Made by a program: the position numbers and the translations under genes
NCBI GenBank assembly: GCA_965215505.1
Contig: OZ244065.1
Span: forward strand, 5,280,001-5,344,000
DNA: 64,000 nt
DNA from: Capsulimonadaceae bacterium
GTDB lineage: Bacteria; Armatimonadota; Armatimonadia; Armatimonadales; Capsulimonadaceae
Direction of reading: 5' to 3'
In this document: one piece after another, positions 56,317 to 64,000 of the stretch
Position numbering within the stretch: position 1 is the stretch's first letter
Layout of the letters: every line of letters starts with the position of its first letter
The notes under the pieces: generated by a model
Databases searched by the model: none
Told to the model about the DNA's origin: nothing
What the model saw: only the letters and a program-made list of their open reading frames with translations

Positions 56317-56811
56317 TCACACCACGATCACCGTCGAGTCCATCCCCAGCAGCGCCCCGCGCGCCGCCAGCGCGTCCAGCGTCGTGTCCAGCAGATGTGG
56401 CGGCCCCAGCAGCAGAGCCAGCGTCTGGCCCTCCCCCGCCGAGACGATGTCGCACAGGATGCCCGGCGGCAGGCTGGCCGTCAGCTCGGCGGCGGACAGC
56501 GTGACCCGCGCCAGCGCGGACTTGCGGGCGTGTTCGGCGTCCTCGTAGCGGTACTCCGTCAGCTCGTGAACGGCGGCCAGCCGGTTCAGCAGCCGGGCCA
56601 GGTGGTCCTTCTTGGCCGCCGGTGCCGCGAACGTCAGGATGGCCGTCCCGCTGCCGGTCCCCGGCCCGCTGCCAGCGTGGGCCGTCAGGCTCTCGATGGA
56701 GACCCCCCGGTCGGCGAACAGCGAGGTCAGCGACAGCAGGACGCCCGACCGGTTCCGCAGCTTCAGCAGGAATATCCACCTCTCCGCGCCGTTCCTCTCC
56801 GTGTTGGACAT
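56317..56811 (-). CDS. ACT-domain protein (IlvN-like)
   Basis: NRSGVL..LTSLFADRGVSIESL. Confidence 0.75.
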   Translation of the reverse strand: MSNTERNGAERWIFLLKLRNRSGVLLSLTSLFADRGVSIESLTAHAGSGPGTGSGTAILTFAAPAAKKDHLARLLNRLAAVHELTEYRYEDAEHARKSALARVTLSAAELTASLPPGILCDIVSAGEGQTLALLLGPPHLLDTTLDALAARGALLGMDSTVIVV

Positions 56812-57875
56812 CAGACGCCCCCCATCCAGCGTGTCACCTTCTCGCCGATGGCCGCCGCCGCCTCGTGCAAGGCCCGCGCCTCCTCCTGCCAGACCGGCGG
56901 GGCAAGCACCCGAACCACCCCCTGGTGTGAGACGATCAGCGGCATCCCCAATGCCCCCCGGATGCCGTAGACCCCGTCGCCTTCCAGCATCACCTGGCCC
57001 GCGACACTCATCTCCCGCCCCTCCATCATCTGCCGCACCATGTCCACTGTGACGTTCGCCGTCGCCATCACCGTGCGCGACCCCGACAGGTGCGTCAGTT
57101 CGGGCCGAAGCTGCACCCGCACGTCCGGCGGCATCGTCTCGACCGCCTCAAACGCCGCCCGCGTGTCGCTCAGAAAGAGGTGCTGGATGGACTCGCGCGC
57201 CGACGCCACCCGCGCCGGGAAGTCCGCCGATGTCCCGCCCCCGCGCAGCGTATTGACCGCCGCTTCCGTTTCGGCGTCGTCCAACCCGTACACCCGGACG
57301 CTGCTCCACAGTGGCACCAAATTCGTCCCGTGTTCCCCGGCTACATACCCCGAAACAAGCTGGCGCGGCACCCCCAGGTCGGCGGCGATCTCGCGCCGGA
57401 ACCGCAGGCTGTCCGAGTACGCCCCGATCCCGATCACCCGCCGCGCCCCCAGGTGCCGCGCCATCACCGTGACACCCAGCTCCACCGGGTTGGTCACCAT
57501 GATCACCACCTCGCGCCCCTGACCGTACCGCACCAGAGCCTGCGCCAGCTCCTCGAAGGCCGGGAGGTTCGCCGTCGCCACGTCGTCCCGAGACATCGTC
57601 CCGCCCGCCGCCGGCCCCGGCGTCGCCCCCGCCGCCATGACGATCAGGTCCCCGACCACCTCCTCCGGCCCCAGCGCAATATCCATCTGCGGCGCGTTCT
57701 CCGCATAGGCATCCGTCAGGTCCGAACGCAGCCCGAACAGCACCCGCTCCGAGGCACCCCCGCGCCGCCCGACCAGTTGCAGCCGCTCCGTGGGCCGCAG
57801 AACCCGCCCCGCCACGAGCTGCGCCACGATCTCCCGCCCGATCGCCCCGCCCGCCCCGACTACGCTGATATCCAT
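56811..57875 (-). CDS. Lactate/malate dehydrogenase family protein
   Basis: VVGAGGAIG, SRDD, TNPVE, DSLRFR, GEHG. Confidence 0.88.
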   Translation of the reverse strand: MDISVVGAGGAIGREIVAQLVAGRVLRPTERLQLVGRRGGASERVLFGLRSDLTDAYAENAPQMDIALGPEEVVGDLIVMAAGATPGPAAGGTMSRDDVATANLPAFEELAQALVRYGQGREVVIMVTNPVELGVTVMARHLGARRVIGIGAYSDSLRFRREIAADLGVPRQLVSGYVAGEHGTNLVPLWSSVRVYGLDDAETEAAVNTLRGGGTSADFPARVASARESIQHLFLSDTRAAFEAVETMPPDVRVQLRPELTHLSGSRTVMATANVTVDMVRQMMEGREMSVAGQVMLEGDGVYGIRGALGMPLIVSHQGVVRVLAPPVWQEEARALHEAAAAIGEKVTRWMGGV

Positions 57876-57916
57876 GCGTCATCCTGTCTAGAAGTGTGTG
57901 GAGAAACTCCGCCTCA

Positions 57917-57960
57917 CCCTCCCTTAACAGGGGAGGGTCGGCGCTCGCGCCGGGGAGAGG
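57917..57960. repeat. Intergenic palindromic element
   Basis: ccctccctt..aggggaggg..gccggggagagg. Confidence 0.55.
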
Positions 57961-57963
57961 TTC

Positions 57964-58992
57964 CTACCCCCACGCCTCCCGCGCCTCCCCGATCGCCCGC
58001 TCCACATCCGCCCCCGACACGTCCAGGTGCGTCACCGCCCGCAGCATCCCATACGACCCGCTCATCCGCACCCCCCGCGCCTCCATGTCCGCCCGCGCCT
58101 CGTCCCCCGTCCGCCCCTCCACCGAGAAGAACACCAGGTTCGACTGCACCCGCGACACGTCTATCTTCACCCGCCCGATCTCCGCCAGACCCTCCGCCAG
58201 CCGCCGCGCGTTCCCATGGTCCTCCCCCAGACGCCCCAGGGTATGCTCCAAGGCGTACAGCCCCGCCGCCGCCAGCACCCCCGACTGACGCATCGCCCCC
58301 CCCAGCAGGTGCTTGGGCCGCCAGGCCGCTTCAATAAACTCCCGCGACCCCGCCAGCACCGCCCCCACCGGGCAGCCCAGCCCTTTGGACAGGCACAGGG
58401 TCACGCTGTCGAACACCCCCGCCACCTCCCGCGCGGGCCGCCGCCCCGCCGCCACCGCGTTCATCACCCGCGCCCCGTCCAAATGCATCCGCAGGCCATG
58501 CTCGCGCGCCGCCCCCGAAACATCCTCCAGTTCCTCGCGCGTCCAGACCGTCCCGCCCCCCGCGTTGTGCGTGTTCTCCACACACACCAGCCGCGTCCGC
58601 GCATAGTGCGGGTCGTCGGGCCGCACCGCCGCCCGCACCTGCGCCCCCGTGAAGACCCCCCGCTCCGTCACCAGCGCGTTCACCGAGGCACCCGCCACCG
58701 CCGCGTACCCGCCCCCCTCCCAGACCACGATGTGCGCGTTGTGCGTCGCGATGAACTCGTCGCCCGGCTTCAGGTGCGTCTTCAAAGCGATCAGGTTCCC
58801 CATCGTCGCCGAGGGCAGGAACATCGCCGCCTCCTTGCCCAGCAGGTCCGCCACCCGCTCCTGGAGTTCATTCGTCGCCGGGTCCTCCCGCTTCTGCTCG
58901 TCGCCGACATCCGCCGCCGCCATCGCCCGCCGCATCCCCTCCGAGGGCCGTGTCGCCGTGTCACTGGATAAGTCAATCATCGTGCTGTTCAT
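57964..58992 (-). CDS. ltaE: Low-specificity L-threonine aldolase
   Basis: DLSSDT, ENTHN, HLDGAR, CLSKGLG.PVG, GGAMRQSG. Confidence 0.92.
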   Translation of the reverse strand: MNSTMIDLSSDTATRPSEGMRRAMAAADVGDEQKREDPATNELQERVADLLGKEAAMFLPSATMGNLIALKTHLKPGDEFIATHNAHIVVWEGGGYAAVAGASVNALVTERGVFTGAQVRAAVRPDDPHYARTRLVCVENTHNAGGGTVWTREELEDVSGAAREHGLRMHLDGARVMNAVAAGRRPAREVAGVFDSVTLCLSKGLGCPVGAVLAGSREFIEAAWRPKHLLGGAMRQSGVLAAAGLYALEHTLGRLGEDHGNARRLAEGLAEIGRVKIDVSRVQSNLVFFSVEGRTGDEARADMEARGVRMSGSYGMLRAVTHLDVSGADVERAIGEAREAWG

Positions 58993-59108
58993 TTCTTCCC
59001 GTTCCCGTCTTCCGCCCGCGCCTGTGAATTGGCTTGATTATATCCCACGCCCCGCCGAATCGCACACGCCCCCACACCCGCCGCGTCCGCGACCAGGTCC
59101 TCCTGGAC

Positions 59109-59495
59109 ATGATGCTGTCCGAGCGCGAGTGCCGCGAAAGCGCCCGCGACGAAACCGAGGTGGACCTCGAAACCCGCGGACGACTCCGCCGCATCCGCAA
59201 AGCCACCGAGGCCGCCGTCGCCACCCTGTCTCACGCCCCCCTGGACACCGCTCCGGAGGCCGACTGCCCCGAAAACTGCCGGAACGAACCGCCGGCCCCG
59301 GAGGCGGCAGCGCCCACCGACGACGAAGACCTGCACGAGCGTTACCGGGAGCCGAGGGACGCCCGAAACTGCCGGAACGAACCCGCCGCCTCCGCCGAGG
59401 ACGCCCGCCGGGCCTTCCTGGCCTCGTTCCCCCACGCAAACGGACCGACACCCGCCACGTCCGAGCGGTCCGGTCCCCCCAGATTTGGGGGCTAG
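59109..59495 (+). CDS. Hypothetical acidic protein with two NCRNEP motifs (possibly a fragment)
   Basis: aaactgccggaacgaacc repeated at ~59273 and ~59367. Confidence 0.4.
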   Translation: MMLSERECRESARDETEVDLETRGRLRRIRKATEAAVATLSHAPLDTAPEADCPENCRNEPPAPEAAAPTDDEDLHERYREPRDARNCRNEPAASAEDARRAFLASFPHANGPTPATSERSGPPRFGG

Positions 59496-61705
59496 GGGGC
59501 CACATGCACCGCATACCGCCCGCCTGCCTTCGTCGGGAACGCGGACACGCCCGACGCCGTCCGCACGCGGCAGGTCCCGCCCTTCAGGGAGTGGATCACC
59601 GCGCTGCTCAACGCGCCGCCCTTCCAGGCCATGTCCACGACGAAGCCGCCGCGCGCCCGCAGGCCCGTCACCGACCCCGCCGCCCAGGCGGAAGGCAGGG
59701 CCGGCAGCAGCGCGATCTCGCCGCCCTGGCTTTGCAGCAGCATCTCGGCCACCCCCGCCGTGATGCCGAAATTGCCGTCGAGCTGCACCGGCGGGTGCAG
59801 CCCGAACAGGTTCAGGCTTGTGTTCCGGGCCGAAAGGAGCTGCGCGAGCTGCCGGTGCGCGTCCTCCCCATCCCTCATCCGCGCGAACAAGGCCGTGCGC
59901 CAGGCGAACGACCATTCCCGCACGTCCCCGCCGTCGGAGCGCGCCAGCAGCGACTTCTTCGCCGCCGCCATCATGTCCGGCGTGCCGCCCGCCGTGAACT
60001 GCCGGCCCGGATAGACCCCGAACAGGTGCGACGTATGCCGGTGGTGATCATTGGGATCGTCAATGTCCTCCATCCACTCCTGGAGCTGACCCCAGCGCCC
60101 GATCTTCGGCACGACCAGCCTGTCCCGCAGCGCGGCGATCTTCGCCCGGTACTCGGCATCAACGCCCAGGGCCTTGCTCGCCTCGACCGTGTTCGTGAAC
60201 AGGTCCCAGACGATCTCCTGGCTGTAGCTGACCCCGTCCTCCGTCGGCCCATGCTCGGGCGACCAGGCGTTCGGGACCACCAGGCGGCCATCCGGCAGCG
60301 CCTTCAGGTGGTCCTCCCAGTATTCGGCGGTTTCCTTCATCAGCGGGTAAGCCGTCGCCCGCAGGAACGCCGTGTCGCCCGTGAACGCATAGTGTTCCCA
60401 GAAGTGCTGGCAGTACCAGGCGTTCGCCGTCTTGTCCCAGTTCCACCCCATCCCGCCCGTGATGTTGTGCGACGTGCGGATCGCCCACCCGCGCGGCGAA
60501 AGCGCCCCGTCCGGCGTCTTCAAGTCCGCCGACGACGCCGCCGTCTTCCGCCAATCGGGAAGTTGACTCTGCACCAGATCAAAGAACGGCAGGTGGCACT
60601 CGGGCAGCCCCGTCACCTCGGCGGGCCAGTAGTTCATCTGCACATTGATGTTGGCATGGTAGTCGCTGTGCCACGGCGCATCGTTGCTGTCGTTCCAAAG
60701 CCCCTGCAAGTTCGCGGGCAGCGAGCCGGGCCGCGAACACGAAATGAGCAAATAGCGCCCATACTGGAACAAAAGCTGCTCGAACTCCGGGTCGTCCCCC
60801 GACGCCGCCAGCACCTTCCGCTTGTCCGTCGGCATCAGACGCCGGTCCGTCGGGGACGCCCCCAGGTCCAGATGCACCCGCCCAAAAAGCGGCTGATAGT
60901 CCGCCAGATGAGCCGCTTGCAGTGCTCCAAAGGACTTGCCGCCCGCCGCTTCCACCTGCTTAATGACGCGCGGGGCCGGGTCATCGCCCAGATAGTGCCG
61001 GGCCGGGTCCATGACATAGTTCGTCCCCGCCCCCACCAGCAGCGTCAGGCTGTCGCACCTCGCGAACGCAAGATGATCGCCCGTCACCGAAACCGTCCCG
61101 CCCTGGTGCAGCACCGCCAGCCGCGCCGCATAGCGGATGCCGTTGGGAAGCGCCCCGCCCACCCCCAGCGTGTGCCCCTCACCCGCCGCCGCGCCGCCGT
61201 GCGCGTCCGTCAGGGCCAGCGTCCCCGAGTAGCCGCCCGGCTGGTCCGCCGTCAGATGCACCACCAGCACCTGGTCGGGATGGCTGGCGAAACACTCCCG
61301 CCGGTACTGGATGCCGTTCGCCCGGTACACCACGCTGGCCTCGGCGCGGGCCAGGTCCAGGGACCGCCGGTAGTGCGTCGCCCCGTCCGCCCCGTCCAGG
61401 TGCAGGCGCAGGTCCCCCAAGGTCTGATACCCGCCCATGCTGCCGTAATCGCCCGAAGGGTTCTCGCCCCCCGTCCACAGGCTGTCCTCGTTCAAGACGA
61501 CCCGCTCGTCCGCCACGCCGCCGAACACCAGCCCGCCCATCCGGCCATTGCCGACCGGCAGGGCCTCCTCCATGGCGCTCCCGGCGGGCCGCGTGTACCA
61601 CAGCGTCAAAGCCCCCGTCGGGGGCAAATCCTCCGCCGACCCGGCGGCCCTGGCCGGCACGACGAAGGCGGCCAGCAGGAGCGCGACACAAATAAAGATA
61701 ACCAT
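59492..61705 (-). CDS. Glycoside hydrolase family 95 (alpha-L-fucosidase-like)
   Basis: [48 protein letters not shown]; signal peptide. Confidence 0.95.
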   Translation of the reverse strand: MVIFICVALLLAAFVVPARAAGSAEDLPPTGALTLWYTRPAGSAMEEALPVGNGRMGGLVFGGVADERVVLNEDSLWTGGENPSGDYGSMGGYQTLGDLRLHLDGADGATHYRRSLDLARAEASVVYRANGIQYRRECFASHPDQVLVVHLTADQPGGYSGTLALTDAHGGAAAGEGHTLGVGGALPNGIRYAARLAVLHQGGTVSVTGDHLAFARCDSLTLLVGAGTNYVMDPARHYLGDDPAPRVIKQVEAAGGKSFGALQAAHLADYQPLFGRVHLDLGASPTDRRLMPTDKRKVLAASGDDPEFEQLLFQYGRYLLISCSRPGSLPANLQGLWNDSNDAPWHSDYHANINVQMNYWPAEVTGLPECHLPFFDLVQSQLPDWRKTAASSADLKTPDGALSPRGWAIRTSHNITGGMGWNWDKTANAWYCQHFWEHYAFTGDTAFLRATAYPLMKETAEYWEDHLKALPDGRLVVPNAWSPEHGPTEDGVSYSQEIVWDLFTNTVEASKALGVDAEYRAKIAALRDRLVVPKIGRWGQLQEWMEDIDDPNDHHRHTSHLFGVYPGRQFTAGGTPDMMAAAKKSLLARSDGGDVREWSFAWRTALFARMRDGEDAHRQLAQLLSARNTSLNLFGLHPPVQLDGNFGITAGVAEMLLQSQGGEIALLPALPSAWAAGSVTGLRARGGFVVDMAWKGGALSSAVIHSLKGGTCRVRTASGVSAFPTKAGGRYAVHVAP

Positions 61706-61829
61706 AACGCCAGTTTACACCAAAACTCTGCCTTCTCGCTATCCCCGGCCACACCATCCGAAGCCCCGAAGGGCCGGTCCCCATCAGGCCGGGTTCATCG
61801 CCGGAACCGACAATGGGTACAATCCCCAT

Positions 61830-62786
61830 ATGCCCGACACTGCCTTGGAACTGACCCGCACCCCCGTCAACCGCCCCGCCGACTCCGACCTCTTCTGGCG
61901 GGGCGTTCAGGCCGAACTCGCCGATGTCCCACTGGAATGGGAGCGCCTGCCGGATGCGGGCGGCGAAACCGCCACCCACCGCACAGATTGGCTCCGCTTC
62001 TCCTCGCTCGACGACACCCTCGTCTACGGCTGGCTCGCCGTGTCGAAACACCCCTCGGCAGGTAGTCGCGGCTACCTGTGGCTGCCCGGCTACTCGCTCG
62101 GAAACCCGCCCCCCGGCCCCGAGGCCCTCTACCCGGACACGCTGACTTTGGGCTTAAATCTGCACGGCAACCTGCCCGACACGCCCTACGCCCATCCCAG
62201 CCTGTCCGGCGCGGACTACATCACGTCGGGCATCGGGTCGCCCCGGACCTACATCTACCGCCCCATCGTCGCCCACTGCCTGCGTGCCCTAGAGGTTCTG
62301 GCCCAACAGCCCGAGGTCAGCCCGGACCGCCTGATTGTCGGCGGCATGAGCCAGGGTGGGGGACTCGCCCTGATAACGGCCGCCCTCGCGCCTGCCGTCC
62401 GCCTGTGCCTCGCCGACATGCCCTGGCTCGGCGCGCTCGACCTCGCCCTTTCCCTGCTCGACCGCGCCAGATACCGGCGCACAAAGGCCGCGCGCTACCC
62501 GGACGCCCGTGGCCTGGTCGCCGACTACGCCGAGGCGCACCCCGAACAGAAGGCCCAGATCTACCAGACCTACCGGTACTTCGATCCCCTGTCCCACGCC
62601 CAAAACATCACCTGCCCGACCCAGGTGAGCGCGGGCGGGCGCGACCCGAGCTGTAAGCCGCCCACCATCTACGCCGTCTTCAACGAACTCCGGTGCGAGA
62701 AGGAGATGCTGTACCTGCCCCAGACCGGCCACGAGATCGTCCCGGCTATGCGCGAGGCACACGGGAGATGGGTACAACGGGTGTAG
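61830..62786 (+). CDS. Acetylxylan esterase (CE7-like) alpha/beta hydrolase
   Basis: GMSQGG, YFD, D..C.P, GHE. Confidence 0.85.
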   Translation: MPDTALELTRTPVNRPADSDLFWRGVQAELADVPLEWERLPDAGGETATHRTDWLRFSSLDDTLVYGWLAVSKHPSAGSRGYLWLPGYSLGNPPPGPEALYPDTLTLGLNLHGNLPDTPYAHPSLSGADYITSGIGSPRTYIYRPIVAHCLRALEVLAQQPEVSPDRLIVGGMSQGGGLALITAALAPAVRLCLADMPWLGALDLALSLLDRARYRRTKAARYPDARGLVADYAEAHPEQKAQIYQTYRYFDPLSHAQNITCPTQVSAGGRDPSCKPPTIYAVFNELRCEKEMLYLPQTGHEIVPAMREAHGRWVQRV

Positions 62787-62801
62787 AGGAGAATCAAGAC
62801 A

Positions 62802-63098
62802 ATGGCAGACACCATCGAGGACCATGTCGGCGTGACCCAGCCCGACGCCTTCGAGCAGACGACTTCGGGCGAAAGCGTGACCGGCAAGCACCTGCTGGCC
62901 GACGGCGGCGACGGCAAGGAAAAGGAGGCCACTACGCGGAGCCACCACGCCGGGGCGAGCAGCGAAGCCTCCGCCAATAGCGGTATCCCCAGCGCCGAAA
63001 AGCAGCACGGCGTCAAAGGCGAGGCCTTCGACCAGCAGACCGATCACACCCCCATGCCGGACCGCGTCCTGCCCCGCACGCAGAACCTGGAGCCGTAG
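62802..63098 (+). CDS. Small hydrophilic hypothetical protein
   Basis: AGGAG SD, GC3-rich codons. Confidence 0.6.
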   Translation: MADTIEDHVGVTQPDAFEQTTSGESVTGKHLLADGGDGKEKEATTRSHHAGASSEASANSGIPSAEKQHGVKGEAFDQQTDHTPMPDRVLPRTQNLEP

Positions 63099-63101
63099 CG
63101 A

Positions 63102-64000
63102 GTGACCCTGCTCCTCGGCCTCGACATCGGCGGCACCAAATCGGCCGCCGTCATCGGCGACACTGACGGCAACGTCCTGGCCCGCGCGTCCGCCCCGACC
63201 CCGCGTGACACCTGGGAAGCGGCCGTCGCCCTGCTCTGTGACCTGTCGCGCTCGGTCTGCCGGGGCTACGGCGTCTCCGTCTCCGACATGGCCGCCCTGG
63301 GCGTCTCCTGCGGCGGCCCGCTCAACTCTGCCACCGGCACCGTCTACGCCCCGCCCAACCTGCCCGCCTGGGAGGCCGTCCCGCTGAAGTCGCTCTTAGA
63401 AGCCGAGTTCGGCCTGCCGACGCGCCTGGAGAACGACGCCAACGCCACCGCCCTGGCCGAACACCGCTGGGGCGCGGGCCGGGGCTGCTCGGACATGGCC
63501 TTCCTGACCATGGGCACCGGCATCGGCGCGGGCCTCATCCTGGACGGCCGCCTCTACCGGGGCCGCCGCGACCTCGCCGGCGAGGTCGGCCACGCCACCG
63601 TCCTGCCCGACGGCCCCCCCTGCCCCTGCGGCAAGCGCGGCTGCCTCGAAGCACTCGCCTCCGGCACCTCCCTCGCCCGCATGGGCCGCGAACGCTATGG
63701 GGAAGACTCCCTCACCGCCCTCGATGTCTGCGCCCGCGCCCGCCTCGGCGACCCCATCGCCCAATCCATCATCGCCGACGTCGCCCTCTACATGGGCATC
63801 GGCCTGGCGAACCTCCTGCACACCCTCAACTTGGAGCGCATCGTGCTCGGCACCCTCGCCGTCCACGCCGCCGACCTCCTCTTAGACCCCATCCGCGCCG
63901 CCACCCAGGCCCACTGCTGGCCCCGCGTCTGGGAAGGCGTCTCCGTCCTCCCCGCCGCCCTCGGCGACGCCGCCCAGGACAAGGCCGCCCTCGCCGTCGC
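63102..64000 (+). CDS. ROK family sugar kinase (runs off window)
   Basis: Manual translation LGLDIGGTK, ENDANA, GTGIGAG, GEVGH, CPCGKRGCLE. Confidence 0.92.
   Translation, partial: MTLLLGLDIGGTKSAAVIGDTDGNVLARASAPTPRDTWEAAVALLCDLSRSVCRGYGVSVSDMAALGVSCGGPLNSATGTVYAPPNLPAWEAVPLKSLLEAEFGLPTRLENDANATALAEHRWGAGRGCSDMAFLTMGTGIGAGLILDGRLYRGRRDLAGEVGHATVLPDGPPCPCGKRGCLEALASGTSLARMGRERYGEDSLTALDVCARARLGDPIAQSIIADVALYMGIGLANLLHTLNLERIVLGTLAVHAADLLLDPIRAATQAHCWPRVWEGVSVLPAALGDAAQDKAALAV

Overview
GC-rich bacterial chromosomal segment. The gene repertoire (a DUF1559/H-X9-DG prepilin-like protein, PAS/GAF-SpoIIE and RsbW-like signalling proteins, apparently leaderless genes) is compatible with Armatimonadota, but this is inference only. 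Main content: queD-like/folE/two thioredoxins; an alternative complex III (Act) operon split by a ~9.2 kb cassette of three minor-pilin genes, a hybrid histidine kinase and a receiver-fused PilB/GspE ATPase; ccoS-like genes; an RRM protein; three tRNAs; an orphan McrB-like GTPase; TA/immunity relics; an amidase with a Tat-signal partner; a LOV/PP2C partner-switching pair; maf, plsY; a secreted-protein gene whose start is set out of frame by a 14-bp tandem repeat, followed by a HEAT-repeat gene; purF, purL; an HUH-less IS200/RAYT-like gene between inverted palindromes; an AT-rich HEPN plus UDG-like islet; fliK/flhB-like genes; an LDH/MDH-like plus ACT pair; ltaE; GH95, CE7 and ROK genes. Strongest novelty candidates are the phosphorelay-controlled pilus ATPase cassette, the HEPN plus glycosylase-like islet, the VNTR phase switch and the dead transposase. 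All family calls come from motif recognition by eye; no searches were run.
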